Source: Mogibacterium sp. (lineage in GTDB: Bacteria; Bacillota; Clostridia; Peptostreptococcales; Anaerovoracaceae). From it: a stretch of 64,000 nt of DNA. Below the pieces are notes generated by a model. The model saw only the letters and a program-made list of their open reading frames with translations. It searched no databases and was not told where the DNA came from. Below, piece after piece: positions 44,694-54,507 of this stretch. The stretch is taken from positions 21,213 through 85,212 of the forward strand of contig JAFWNE010000023.1 of assembly GCA_017510505.1 (NCBI GenBank), in the 5' to 3' direction. The position numbers and the translations under genes were made by a program. Position 1 is the stretch's first letter, and each line of letters starts with the position of its first letter.

Positions 44694-46208
44694 TTATTCA
44701 GCTACAGCATCTCTTTCTCTTGCCTTGTCGTATACCGCTCTCTCCTTGTCGAGTGTCGGTGTTACCTTTGCAACGATGAACGCTACGAGTCCGCCGCAGA
44801 TGAATCCAGGCAGGAGCTCATATACACCTGTCGAAGCGGAAAGTCCGCCAAAGAGCCAGCCGAGGTCTACGATGAAGCCAGCGAGAATACCCGCGATAGC
44901 TCCCTTGTAGTTGAACTCTCTCCAGAAGAGCGACAGGATGATGACCGGTCCGAACGAAGCGCCGAATGCGCCCCATGCGTTCTCTACCAGGTTCATGATA
45001 GCCTGCGCTCCTGCTCCCTTGCTGGATGCGATCAGGTAAGCGATGACAGCAATGACAACTACTACGATACGTCCTACCATTACGGCTTCCTTCTCACTTA
45101 CGTTCTTCTTGAACTGTGTGTAGAGGTCAGCTGTGAACGAGCTGGATGCTACGAGCAGCTGTGAGTCTGCAGTCGATACGGATGCAGCAATGATAGCAGC
45201 GAGCAGCAGTCCGGAGAGCGCAGGCGGGAAGAACTTCCTTGCCATTGTAATGAATACGATCTTCTGCATTCCGAAAGGAAGCAGTTCGTCCGCTACGAGC
45301 ATTCTGCCCATGTAGGCGATGAGGCAGGCACTTCCGAGCGAGATGACTACCCAGATGATGGCGATCGTCGAGGACTTCTTGATTTCCGAAGGCTTCTCGA
45401 TCGACATGAATCTTACGATGATGTGCGGCATACCGAAGTATCCGAGACCCCACGCAAGACCTGTCAGAACGTCAGGCAGGCTCGCGCTGAAGATTCCGCT
45501 TCCGAAGTCGCATGTTACTACCGCTCCGCTTGCGTCTGTGTACTCATATACCTGCGAAAGAAGCGAGGTATCGAGATTTGTGTGTGTTGCCCAAACAGCA
45601 ATAGGAACCGCCATCAGAGCGATCATCATCAGCATGCCCTGGAAGAAGTCTGTCCAGCATACAGCAGTGAATCCGCCGAAGATCGTGTAGAATACGATCA
45701 GAAGAGCGAATATGACCATCGCAGTTGTTGTCGAGATATTAGGGAACAGTGTTCCGAATACCGTTGTGCCCGCTACGAATGCGGAAGCAACATAGATGGT
45801 ATATGCGAAGAGGAAGATCAGAGCGCAAATAACCTGCAGTGTCTTGCTGTCAGCATCGAATCTGTTTGCGAGGAACTGCGGGATGGTGATCGAGTCATTA
45901 GCTTCCTCCGAGAATACTCTCAGCCTTCTCGCGCAGAGGATCCAGTTTGCGGCAGTACCGAGAGCAAGTCCGATACCGATCCAGATCTGGCCGAATCCGA
46001 ATGCGAGGATCGATCCAGGAAGTCCCATCAGCAGCCAGGCCGACATATCGGAAGCCTGTGCTGAGAGAGCAGCTACCCAAGGGCCCATCGCACGTCCGCC
46101 GAGGAAGTAGTCCTCCTGGCTTCTCTGCTTATCCTTGATATAGAAGTAGATTACTACTCCCATAAGGGCCACAAAGTACAGAATAAAAGTTAACATTTCA
46201 GAATTCAT
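44694..46208 (-). CDS. putP: Sodium:proline symporter (SSS family)
   Basis: It has about 13 TM segments and contains YFLGGRAMGPWVAALSAQASDMSAWLLMGLPG. The start is at 46208 (aaaggagtattatATG). Confidence 0.88.
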   Translation of the reverse strand: MNSEMLTFILYFVALMGVVIYFYIKDKQRSQEDYFLGGRAMGPWVAALSAQASDMSAWLLMGLPGSILAFGFGQIWIGIGLALGTAANWILCARRLRVFSEEANDSITIPQFLANRFDADSKTLQVICALIFLFAYTIYVASAFVAGTTVFGTLFPNISTTTAMVIFALLIVFYTIFGGFTAVCWTDFFQGMLMMIALMAVPIAVWATHTNLDTSLLSQVYEYTDASGAVVTCDFGSGIFSASLPDVLTGLAWGLGYFGMPHIIVRFMSIEKPSEIKKSSTIAIIWVVISLGSACLIAYMGRMLVADELLPFGMQKIVFITMARKFFPPALSGLLLAAIIAASVSTADSQLLVASSSFTADLYTQFKKNVSEKEAVMVGRIVVVVIAVIAYLIASSKGAGAQAIMNLVENAWGAFGASFGPVIILSLFWREFNYKGAIAGILAGFIVDLGWLFGGLSASTGVYELLPGFICGGLVAFIVAKVTPTLDKERAVYDKARERDAVAE

Positions 46209-46499
46209 ATAATACTCCTTTTCTATTGTCACCTCTTAGCTTTTTTCGACTTTTATTTTTTACGGCATGGTCAGATCCGGTTTATCTTTATTGATTCGAA
46301 TCGTCGCAAGAATGGGGTTGGTGACAATATACAATTATGTATATATTATCGGTCCTTTTCTGCTTTAAGTCAATCTTAAATTGACATTTAGTTATCGTTT
46401 TCACAAGGTTTTTTTGAGTATTTTCACTTTAGCGTGATGAATTGACCGTTGAAATTTCAATGCTTTGACTCTATTTCTATTGCAAATTGACCTGTTTTT

Positions 46500-46519
46500 C
46501 TCGTTAATTAATTAACGAG
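46500..46519. promoter_or_regulatory. Perfect 20-bp palindrome, CTCGTTAATTAATTAACGAG (candidate operator)
   Basis: It directly abuts the -35 element of the predicted promoter for the SDR gene. Confidence 0.45.
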
Positions 46520-46548
46520 TTTACATAGCTATCACCAGGTGCAATAAT
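46520..46548 (+). promoter_or_regulatory. Candidate SigA-type promoter: TTTACA, 17 nt spacer, AATAAT
   Basis: The sequence reads TTTACAtagctatcaccaggtgcAATAAT and lies about 50 nt upstream of the SDR ATG, which has an AAGGAGG site. Confidence 0.4.
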
Positions 46549-46598
46549 AATCTTGTAAAAACTCTTCTATTTATACATAAAGCAAGGAGGTAATACCA

Positions 46599-47372
46599 AT
46601 GAGTGATCTTTTCGATCTTAAAGGCAATGTCGCCATTGTGACAGGCTGCTCCACAGGACTCGGAGTACAGATGGCAAAGGCTCTTGCGCGTCAGGGCTGC
46701 AACATCGTTGCTGTTGCCCGCCGTCAGAACCTCATTGAAGAAGTAGCGGCCGATCTCACTAAGGAATATGGTGTGGAAACTCTTGCCGTCAGATGCGACA
46801 TCACTGATACAGAGATGGTAGAAAACGCCGTAAAAACTGTCATGGACAGATTCGGCCGCATCGACATCCTCATCAACAACGCCGGCACGGGAGCTGTCGC
46901 CCCTGCGGAAGACATCACAGATGATCAGTTCATGAATGAGCTCAATATAGATCTCTTCGGAACATTCAAGATGGCACGCGCAGTTGCGAAACAGGCTATG
47001 ATCCCTGCCAAGTATGGCCGCATCATCAACATCGCTTCAATGTACGGACTCGTGGGAAACAAGGTGGCCCCTGCTTCGCCTTATCATGCCGCAAAGGGCG
47101 GCGTAGTCAATCTGACACGCGCTCTTGCTGCTGAATGGGGCAAGTATGGCATCTCTGTCAATGCGATCTGCCCTGGATACTTCTACTCGCCGCTCACGAG
47201 AGAGACTCTCGACAGCGAGTTCTTCCAGGCCAACGCAAAGACCATGATCCCAATGGAAAGATATGGTGACGAGGGCGAACTCGACACAGCTGCCATCTTC
47301 CTGGCATCCCCTGCTACCACTTATGTGACAGGCGTCGCGCTGCCGGTTGACGGCGGATATACATCCATGTAG
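46599..47372 (+). CDS. Short-chain dehydrogenase/reductase (classical SDR)
   Basis: 257 aa. It contains TGCSTGLG, NNAG and Y...K (SPYHAAKGG). Confidence 0.88.
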   Translation: MSDLFDLKGNVAIVTGCSTGLGVQMAKALARQGCNIVAVARRQNLIEEVAADLTKEYGVETLAVRCDITDTEMVENAVKTVMDRFGRIDILINNAGTGAVAPAEDITDDQFMNELNIDLFGTFKMARAVAKQAMIPAKYGRIINIASMYGLVGNKVAPASPYHAAKGGVVNLTRALAAEWGKYGISVNAICPGYFYSPLTRETLDSEFFQANAKTMIPMERYGDEGELDTAAIFLASPATTYVTGVALPVDGGYTSM

Positions 47373-47382
47373 AAAAACACAA

Positions 47383-47421
47383 AAAAGATGCGAAGGATAT
47401 ACGGTCCTTCGCATCTTTTTT
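47383..47421. terminator. Bidirectional intrinsic terminator
   Basis: aaaagatgcgaagga-tatacgg-tccttcgcatctttttt. Confidence 0.8.
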
Positions 47422-47463
47422 GTGCCCTTTTCAGAGCCCTATTATTTTGACATGTCCCTGCTT

Positions 47464-48246
47464 CTAGTTGAGATTGAGATGCTTCTCCATCAGGTACTTG
47501 CAGACGAAGAAGTATACCGCCGAGAGCGCTATTGTGGCTATGACTCCCGGAATGAATATCATTGTGAAGTTCAGGAATCCGTCATCACCGTATCCGGTAT
47601 GCGCGAAGAGAGGCAACAGCATTCTTCCAACCACTGATTCAAAGATCAATATCACTATATATGCTCCTATCGATGCCAGGGTCGTGTGATTCTGAGCCTG
47701 GTGTCCTATTGTGACAGCAGCATAGATCTGCATGATCGTTTTTACTACACTTGTTATGATCATGATCAGGATTTCAACGATGTATAGTCCCAGATGCTTA
47801 GGCCAGTCGATATCCATGTTCATAAGATCGTGTATCATTTCCTTAAGGCTGAAGCTGTCTCCCGATACTATGATGGCACCTATGGCTATCAGTATGGCTG
47901 TCAGTATCGCGACCAGCACAGTAATGAAGACCCACAGCGTCGCGGATATCGCCTTGTTGCCGATATGCGCGGATACGCTTACCGGAAGAGCATGGTTGAA
48001 ATACGCCTCGTCGCCGAGAAGGCTGTTGCTGTATCTCTGTACTATCAGGATTATGGTCATCACGAAGATGGCTGTCGCCACTGCCGTGTACAGAAGTGCG
48101 GAAATGACTACCATGAATTCGGTTTTTGAATCTGCCGACTGTGTCGTCAGTCCCAGAAACAGCGCTGTTGCAGACCATGCCACGTACAGCGGCAGCAGCT
48201 TGCGTCCCATCGCCGGGATCTCATATTTAAGCAGTTTACCTAACAT
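47464..48246 (-). CDS. Polytopic membrane protein, probable permease partner of the adjacent ABC ATPase
   Basis: 260 aa with about 6 hydrophobic segments. It overlaps the ATPase gene stop. Confidence 0.6.
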   Translation of the reverse strand: MLGKLLKYEIPAMGRKLLPLYVAWSATALFLGLTTQSADSKTEFMVVISALLYTAVATAIFVMTIILIVQRYSNSLLGDEAYFNHALPVSVSAHIGNKAISATLWVFITVLVAILTAILIAIGAIIVSGDSFSLKEMIHDLMNMDIDWPKHLGLYIVEILIMIITSVVKTIMQIYAAVTIGHQAQNHTTLASIGAYIVILIFESVVGRMLLPLFAHTGYGDDGFLNFTMIFIPGVIATIALSAVYFFVCKYLMEKHLNLN

Positions 48247-48935
48247 TTGAATACCTCCCTGAAGAGTTTATCTACACTTTCGCCCTTCTCTTCGCGGATC
48301 TCGTCCGCGGCCTGATGAAGGACTACTTTGCCTTCCTTGAGGAACACGACGTCATCGAGTACCGATTCGACATCAGATATCAGATGTGTCGAGATGATGA
48401 CTACAGCATCCTCGTTGTAGTTTGAGATGATAGTCCTGAGAATGTAATCTCTCGTTGCCGGGTCGACTCCGCCGATCGGCTCATCCAGCAGATATACCTC
48501 AGCCTTTCTTGCCATCACCAGGCAAAGCTGCAGCTTTTCCTTTGTTCCCTTGGACATCTTTTTCATCGCCTGCTTGCGGTCGATGCCCAGATCATCTACC
48601 ATCGCTTCCGCCTTCTGTCTGTCGAAGTCTTCAAAGAAATCCTGGTAGATATCCATAAGCTGCGAAGCTGTCATGTAATCAGGAAGCGCGTTCCTGTCCG
48701 GCAGATAGGCTACGACTCTCTTTGTCCCTACGCCCGGCTCCATGCCGTTTATGGTCACATTGCCTGCTGTCGGCTGGAGCAGTCCGTTCAATATCTTTAT
48801 AAGCGTTGTCTTACCGCTTCCGTTAGGTCCCAGCAGACCGACTATCTGTCCCTTCTCGAGCTTGAGCGCTACGCTGTCCAGCGCAGTCAGGCTTCCGAAT
48901 TGTTTTGTTACGTGATTGATCTCTATTCTTGCCAT
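48240..48935 (-). CDS. ABC transporter ATP-binding protein (ABC-2 / YtrB-like)
   Basis: It has Walker A GPNGSGKTT, signature MSKGTKEKL and Walker B YLLDEP. I prefer the start at MARIEINH (48935) to avoid overlapping the GntR gene. Confidence 0.85.
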   Translation of the reverse strand: MARIEINHVTKQFGSLTALDSVALKLEKGQIVGLLGPNGSGKTTLIKILNGLLQPTAGNVTINGMEPGVGTKRVVAYLPDRNALPDYMTASQLMDIYQDFFEDFDRQKAEAMVDDLGIDRKQAMKKMSKGTKEKLQLCLVMARKAEVYLLDEPIGGVDPATRDYILRTIISNYNEDAVVIISTHLISDVESVLDDVVFLKEGKVVLHQAADEIREEKGESVDKLFREVFKC

Positions 48936-48949
48936 TTTTCTCGCCTCCT

Positions 48950-49318
48950 CTACCTGATGTCCTCGAGCCATTTCTTCATGGCTCCGGCGATGTCTTCGCC
49001 CGACATCCCTATCTTGCGGAGCTTGTCAGCAAACTCCTCGAAATACTTTCTGGCAAGTTCCTCATGCAAAGCCTTCAAAACTTTTTCCTCCTTAGTGACG
49101 AATCTTCCGCTGGTGCGCTCTGAGAAAACCAGTCCTTTGCGTTCGAGCTCTGCCAGCGCTTTCTGCATCGTGTTGGGATTGACTCCCGCATCCATTGCCA
49201 GATCCCTGACCGACGGCAGTTTCTCGCCGGGTTCATATGCCCCGCTGGCGATCCGCATCGTCATCTCGTCAATGATCTGGGAGTAGATCGGCACTCCGCC
49301 TTTGAAATCCCATTCCAT
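48950..49318 (-). CDS. GntR-family transcriptional regulator, YtrA subfamily (short, wHTH only)
   Basis: 122 aa. It contains IYSQIIDEMTMRIASGAYEPGEKLPSVRDLAMDAGVNPNTMQKAL. Confidence 0.88.
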   Translation of the reverse strand: MEWDFKGGVPIYSQIIDEMTMRIASGAYEPGEKLPSVRDLAMDAGVNPNTMQKALAELERKGLVFSERTSGRFVTKEEKVLKALHEELARKYFEEFADKLRKIGMSGEDIAGAMKKWLEDIR

Positions 49319-49388
49319 TCTTTACTTCCTTTCTGCTGTCCGGCAGCTTTTATCGGCCGTGTATTGTGTTACGTATATACGTTTGTTT

Positions 49389-49424
49389 TGTATTATTGTA
49401 TTAACTACTTAGTACAATAATACA
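49389..49424. promoter_or_regulatory. Inverted repeat TGTATTATTGTA-N12-TACAATAATACA (candidate YtrA-type operator)
   Basis: It has perfect 12-bp arms and lies 70-105 nt upstream of the GntR-family gene. Confidence 0.5.
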
Positions 49425-49525
49425 CACTTGCTTCCCTGTCAAGACCCTTCTGAAAAAAATTATTAAAAAAGAATAGCCTTTATGGCTATTCCCCTAAAAC
49501 TTTTTCTCTCTGTAAAGCGCCGGCG

Positions 49526-49699
49526 CTATTTATCCAGGTCGTTGCCGTTTCTGTTGTACCTGATAAAGGAATAGATGCCAAGCATCAGCCAGATGACCGA
49601 TGCTGCGAGCCAGCCCCACTGATGCTTTCCGAAGAACACCACAAGGCATGCGATGAACGCTATAAGGTATAATGGCGCTAAGTATTTGTTGTCTACCAT
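49526..49699 (-). CDS. Small two-TM membrane protein (57 aa); below the ORF-track cutoff
   Basis: My translation is MVDNKYLAPLYLIAFIACLVVFFGKHQWGWLAASVIWLMLGIYSFIRYNRNGNDLDK. It starts 17 nt after the YitT paralog 2 stop, and its ribosome-binding site is weak. Confidence 0.4.
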   Translation of the reverse strand: MVDNKYLAPLYLIAFIACLVVFFGKHQWGWLAASVIWLMLGIYSFIRYNRNGNDLDK

Positions 49700-49716
49700 G
49701 TTCTTCTCACTTTCTT

Positions 49717-50616
49717 TTATGTATTATCCGCTTCATTGATGTCCTGGAAGCGCTTTCCCCATACATTTGTCAGGGACATTACCGTCGCGAACGAATCAGG
49801 ATCGACATCCGCGACATACTTTTTGATCTTGATGCTCTCCGCCGGTGTGCAGATCACGGAAAGCGTCCTGCGCTCCTCATGAGTATACTCGCCTCGTGAG
49901 ACATGTGACGTGACTGCCCTGTTCACGTCATTCAGCACATATTCCGTTATCTGATCGGACTTTTCTTTTGAGCTTGCAATTATGTCAAACTGCACGAACC
50001 TTCCGCTGTATCCAACCGTGATCAGCGAGATCACTCTGGCTGCCACTACAGCTGTGACGATGGCGTACATCGCGATATTTGTATCGAATACGAATGCCGA
50101 TATGGCGATGATTGCCACATCCATGGCCATCTGTATGTCCCCTGTACGCAGATGATTGAACAGTTTGAATTTGACTACTCTGGCAAGCGTATCGGTGCCG
50201 CCTGAAGAATAGCCCCCTATATATCCGACACCGGTCGCGATCCCGTAAAACAGACCAATAAGTATGGCTGCGAGAAACGGGTCAGGCGAATTCAGGAATA
50301 CGTAATCGATATGTTCAAATATGAAAAGCATTATCGGGTACGCGAAACCCAGAGCCACTATGCGTTTCACTTCGCCCTTCCCCATGGTTATCCATGCGAT
50401 CACCAGCACCACCATTGACAGTGTATAGTAGACCAGCGAATAGCTTACCGGTAAAAAGTGAGTGATCAGTCTGGCGATACCCGGCATCCCGCCCGATGTC
50501 ATGCCATTTGGTATCATGACGAATATCTGCACCGATGAACCGAAAAACGCTGATGTAAGAACTATCAGCGTCTCTCTTATGAATCTGCCTGCTTTTGTCT
50601 TAGGAGTCTTCAACAT
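49717..50616 (-). CDS. YitT-family membrane protein, paralog 2
   Basis: 299 aa. It contains GGMPGIARL, SGGTDTLARVVKFKL and a DUF2179-like C-terminus. Confidence 0.75.
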   Translation of the reverse strand: MLKTPKTKAGRFIRETLIVLTSAFFGSSVQIFVMIPNGMTSGGMPGIARLITHFLPVSYSLVYYTLSMVVLVIAWITMGKGEVKRIVALGFAYPIMLFIFEHIDYVFLNSPDPFLAAILIGLFYGIATGVGYIGGYSSGGTDTLARVVKFKLFNHLRTGDIQMAMDVAIIAISAFVFDTNIAMYAIVTAVVAARVISLITVGYSGRFVQFDIIASSKEKSDQITEYVLNDVNRAVTSHVSRGEYTHEERRTLSVICTPAESIKIKKYVADVDPDSFATVMSLTNVWGKRFQDINEADNT

Positions 50617-50619
50617 CTG

Positions 50620-51624
50620 TTATTTCCAATCTACCTGATCGCGGTAGCTTCCGAACGGTGTTACAGGAATGTATACCTGAACATCGAATCCGAACTCTCC
50701 ATAAGTATCATATACCGGCTTCATTGTGAGGCATAATGCCCAGCCGCCGTCAAAGTTAAGCTGGATCGTGTCTCTGGATACCTCGCCGTATTTGCCTGTG
50801 GCGAATCTGACTTCAAGAAGTTCCGAAGGGAATCCTGTTTTAGGTGTCATCAGATTTGTGTTGTTTGGCATGCGTCCGAGACCGCCGTGGGCATTCACGC
50901 AGCCTATGCGCGTCACCTCGAATTCTTCTATAGGCTTGATGAAATAATAGTCTATCGTGCCGTAGAAGTAATCGTAAAGTTTCTGAGCGGCTTCAGGATG
51001 GAACTTGAATATGCGCGGGAATTCGCGGCTGAATGCCTGAAGCATAGGTGTGATGAGCGATCCGTATATGAACTTTTCGTCCTTGATCAGCTCTGCCCAG
51101 TTTTCACTGTCGCGCGGAGCAATGTTCAAGAGGATATCATTCACATCATCGAAATACTCGTTTGAGCACGGTACGCCGAAAATACGGTCGCCGAAATCAT
51201 CGATACCGTTGAATGAATTCTTGATCACATCCTTGTCCATGTCGAGCTCGCGGTCCGCGACCGGCAAAGCGGAAAGGATCCTGGCATCGTTCTTTACGGA
51301 TATGGAGAAACGCCAGTCAAGGTCAGGGCGCTCAAGCAGGATCTCTCCGAATGAGTCCCTTTCGAGTTTTCTGTCCAGATAGTTTAAACGTATGCAAAGC
51401 GGTTCTCCGCCGGTTTCGAAAATATATGGTTCGTGCGATACAATGCGCTCGATCGCAGGAGCAGCCTGTCTGTATGCCAGCTCTTTTTCTTCATCAGTCT
51501 CTTCCCATAGATTGTAGAAGTACTGAGCCTCTTCATCATCTCTTATGAAATACGGTACATTCTCTCTTTCAAGGATGGCTTTGAATGCTTTCACACATGC
51601 TTCAACAAGGATCTTGTTTATCAT
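50620..51624 (-). CDS. Hypothetical protein with a PD-(D/E)XK-like nuclease signature (possibly a HaeIII-like restriction endonuclease family)
   Basis: 334 aa. It contains ERPDLDWRFSISVKND (D...S-x-K), then DFGDRIFGVPCSNEY and LYDYFYGTIDYYF. The resemblance to type II endonuclease families is from memory only and has not been searched. Confidence 0.3.
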   Translation of the reverse strand: MINKILVEACVKAFKAILERENVPYFIRDDEEAQYFYNLWEETDEEKELAYRQAAPAIERIVSHEPYIFETGGEPLCIRLNYLDRKLERDSFGEILLERPDLDWRFSISVKNDARILSALPVADRELDMDKDVIKNSFNGIDDFGDRIFGVPCSNEYFDDVNDILLNIAPRDSENWAELIKDEKFIYGSLITPMLQAFSREFPRIFKFHPEAAQKLYDYFYGTIDYYFIKPIEEFEVTRIGCVNAHGGLGRMPNNTNLMTPKTGFPSELLEVRFATGKYGEVSRDTIQLNFDGGWALCLTMKPVYDTYGEFGFDVQVYIPVTPFGSYRDQVDWK

Positions 51625-51712
51625 ATTGAACTCCTCCTTTGGGAATTAGAACTCTTTATGTGATACCCTAAGGGCCAAAATAATCCGTATATATTATATC
51701 CTATTCAAAACT

Positions 51713-51738
51713 TAAAAAAAACGGCCTGAGCCGTTTTT
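51713..51738 (-). terminator. Intrinsic terminator after tRNA-Glu
   Basis: On the minus strand it reads aaaacggc-tcag-gccgtttt followed by a T-run. Confidence 0.7.
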
Positions 51739-51740
51739 CG

Positions 51741-51815
51741 TGGTAGCGCATCAGGGAATCGAACCCTGGATTCCGCCGTGAGAGGGCGACGTCTTGACCT
51801 CTTGACCAATGCGCC
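51741..51815 (-). tRNA. tRNA-Glu (CTC)
   Basis: The reverse complement is ggcgcattggtcaagaggtcaagacgtcgccctctcacggcggaatccagggttcgattccctgatgcgctacca. The anticodon loop is CUCUCAC. Confidence 0.8.
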
Positions 51816-51925
51816 ACATTTTTTACATGCGCAAGTAGTATTATAAACAAAAGGCCCCTTCTTGTCTACAAAATTATGAAAAAAGTTGTCAAGTTTCATT
51901 AAGTCTTATATGGTATCATTCTAAT

Positions 51926-52954
51926 ATGGAAAAGAAAAAAATACTCATTATTCATACCGGCGGCACCATAGGCATGGTTCCCACGGAAAACGGTTTTGCT
52001 CCTAAGCAGGGAGTGCTTCTGGAGGAACTTAAGAACATCCGTGACCTCAGCTCTCCTGATATGCCCGTATGGGATCTCATAGAATTCGAGCCCCTTCTTG
52101 ATTCGACCAATATCAGATATGAGCAATGGAATTCCATAGCTGACTCGATAGCCCTGTATTATGATAAATACGACGGATTTGTAGTGCTTCACGGGACCGA
52201 CACTCTGGCCTACAGCGCTTCTGCCCTTTCATTCATGCTTGAGGGGCTGGACAAGCCTGTCGTTTTTACGGGAGCACAGATCCCGCTTTGCGAACTCAGG
52301 AGTGACGGGCGCGACAATCTGATCACTTCGATGATGATCGCGGCCGACGGAGTCATTCGTGAAGTAAGCCTGTGCTTTGGAGACTCGATACTGCGCGGCA
52401 ACCGTGCCATCAAGTACTCGGCTGACGGCATGATGGCCTTCACATCACCTAACTTCAACAAGCTCGCTGATGCAGGGATCACGATTGAGTATAACCATGC
52501 TTCGATAAACGAATATGAAAAGACAAGTCTGCATTCCGGGCCCCTTAATATCGTCAAACTGAATGAAAGCCGTATAGCCGTCATCAAGATCGTTCCGGGC
52601 ATACAGTTCGACATCTTTGAGCCTATAATGCTTGAATCGCTTGATGGACTCGTGCTTGAGACTTTCGGCAAAGGCAATATACCTGATTATGACACTGCTC
52701 TTTCGCGTCTCATTTCGGAGGCCAGCAGATGCGGTACTATCGTCGTGGTCTGCACACAGTGTCCAGCGGGTACGGTGAGTCTCGGCACTTACAAGGCAGG
52801 TTCGGCTCTTGTGGAAGCAGGCGCAGTCAGTGGAGGCAACATGACCACCGAAGCTGTGATCACAAAGCTCACATACCTGCTAAGCAAAGGCCTGCCAAAG
52901 GAAGATATCCGGAGGCTCATGCAGACCGACCTGAGAGGCGAGCTTACAAAATAA
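51926..52954 (+). CDS. ansA: L-asparaginase, type I (cytoplasmic)
   Basis: 342 aa. It contains ILIIHTGGTIGM, HGTDTLAYSA and GAQIP. Confidence 0.9.
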   Translation: MEKKKILIIHTGGTIGMVPTENGFAPKQGVLLEELKNIRDLSSPDMPVWDLIEFEPLLDSTNIRYEQWNSIADSIALYYDKYDGFVVLHGTDTLAYSASALSFMLEGLDKPVVFTGAQIPLCELRSDGRDNLITSMMIAADGVIREVSLCFGDSILRGNRAIKYSADGMMAFTSPNFNKLADAGITIEYNHASINEYEKTSLHSGPLNIVKLNESRIAVIKIVPGIQFDIFEPIMLESLDGLVLETFGKGNIPDYDTALSRLISEASRCGTIVVVCTQCPAGTVSLGTYKAGSALVEAGAVSGGNMTTEAVITKLTYLLSKGLPKEDIRRLMQTDLRGELTK

Positions 52955-52969
52955 GGATATTTGCGCAAT

Positions 52970-53005
52970 AAAAAGATTCCCGTCAAACGGGAATCTTTTT
53001 GTTTT
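52970..53005. terminator. Bidirectional intrinsic terminator between ansA and glpK
   Basis: aaaagattcccg-tcaaa-cgggaatctttttgtttt. Confidence 0.8.
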
Positions 53006-54493
53006 CTATTCTTCACGGAACGCGATCGTTGCTTTGACCGCCCTGTGCCATCCGTTCAGTTTTTCTTTTCTCTCCTTTTCACCGAGAGAAGGCTTGAACG
53101 TCATTGCGATCTCCTTGCTTGCAACGATATCTGCAAGGCTGTCGTAATACCCTACCGCAAGGCCTGCCAGATATGCCGCTCCGAGCGACGTGGATTCGAT
53201 GGAAGCGTATCTCACGATATCCACATCCGAGATATCAGCCTGGAACTGCATCAGCAGGTTGTTCATTGCAGCGCCGCCGTCGACCTTGAGCGAGGTGATC
53301 TCCTTGCCGGTATCTGCTTTCATGGCTGCAAGGAGGTCTTCATTCTGGTAAACCAGAGACTGGAGGGTCGCCCTTACGATATGCTCACGCGTGGTTCCCC
53401 TTGTGATACCGAACATGGATCCTCTTGCTTCAGGATCCCAGTAAGGAGCGCCCAGTCCCACAAAGGCCGGAACTACGAATACTCCGCCTGCATCAGGGAC
53501 CTGATTGGCGAGTTCCTCAGACTCCGACGCATCACGGAAGAACCGCAGCTGGTCTCTCAGCCACTGAACAGCTGCTCCGCATACGAATACCGAACCCTCG
53601 AGAGCGTATGTGACCTTTCCGTCGAGGCCCCACGCGATGGTGGTGAGCAGTCCGTTCTTGGACATTACAGGCTTGTCTCCCGTATTAAGCAGCAGGAAGT
53701 TGCCCGTTCCGTATGTGCTCTTTACGTCTCCCTCATTGAAGCACGCTTCGCCAAAGAGAGCGGCCTGCTGGTCTCCGGCAGCCCCCGTGATAGGTATCGG
53801 ACCTCCGAATATCTCGTCGATGGTGTCGCCGTAGTATGATGAGCACTCCACCGGTTCAGGCAGCATGCACATCGGGATATTCAGGAGTCCGCAGAGCTCC
53901 TCGTCCCACTTCAGCGTATTGATGTCAAAAAGCATGGTCCTGCAGGCATTCGAGTAATCTGATACGTGTACCTTGCCGCCCGTCAGCTTCCAGATGAGCC
54001 AGCTTTCTATCGTTCCGAACAGCAGCTCGCCCTTCTCTGCCCTGGTTCTTATGCCCGGAACGTTCTCCAGTATCCAGGCCAGCTTTGTGCCGCTGAAGTA
54101 AGGGTCTGCGAGAAGTCCCGTCTTCTGCCTGATCATTTCTTCATGCGGTTTCAGCTTCGCGGCATAATCGGCCGTTCTGCGGCACTGCCATACTATGGCG
54201 TTGTATACAGGGATGCCCGTCTTCCTGTCCCATACTACGGTCGTCTCTCTCTGATTTGTTATGCCAATGGCGGCGATATTCTTGTATGTCAGTCCCGCCT
54301 TGAGCAGCGCCTCCTGAGCGGTACCCATCTGGGAAGCCCATATCTCCATCGCGTCGTGTTCTACCCATCCTTCATGCGGAAATATCTGGGTGAACTCTCT
54401 CTGGACCACGGATATCATGTTGCCCGCTCTGTCGTAGATGATAGTTCTTGAGCTTGTAGTACCCTGATCGAGCGCCATTATGTATTTTTCCAT
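53006..54493 (-). CDS. glpK: Glycerol kinase
   Basis: 495 aa. It contains [23 protein letters not shown] and [12 protein letters not shown]. Confidence 0.95.
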   Translation of the reverse strand: MEKYIMALDQGTTSSRTIIYDRAGNMISVVQREFTQIFPHEGWVEHDAMEIWASQMGTAQEALLKAGLTYKNIAAIGITNQRETTVVWDRKTGIPVYNAIVWQCRRTADYAAKLKPHEEMIRQKTGLLADPYFSGTKLAWILENVPGIRTRAEKGELLFGTIESWLIWKLTGGKVHVSDYSNACRTMLFDINTLKWDEELCGLLNIPMCMLPEPVECSSYYGDTIDEIFGGPIPITGAAGDQQAALFGEACFNEGDVKSTYGTGNFLLLNTGDKPVMSKNGLLTTIAWGLDGKVTYALEGSVFVCGAAVQWLRDQLRFFRDASESEELANQVPDAGGVFVVPAFVGLGAPYWDPEARGSMFGITRGTTREHIVRATLQSLVYQNEDLLAAMKADTGKEITSLKVDGGAAMNNLLMQFQADISDVDIVRYASIESTSLGAAYLAGLAVGYYDSLADIVASKEIAMTFKPSLGEKERKEKLNGWHRAVKATIAFREE

Positions 54494-54507
54494 GCTTCTG
54501 TCCTTTC

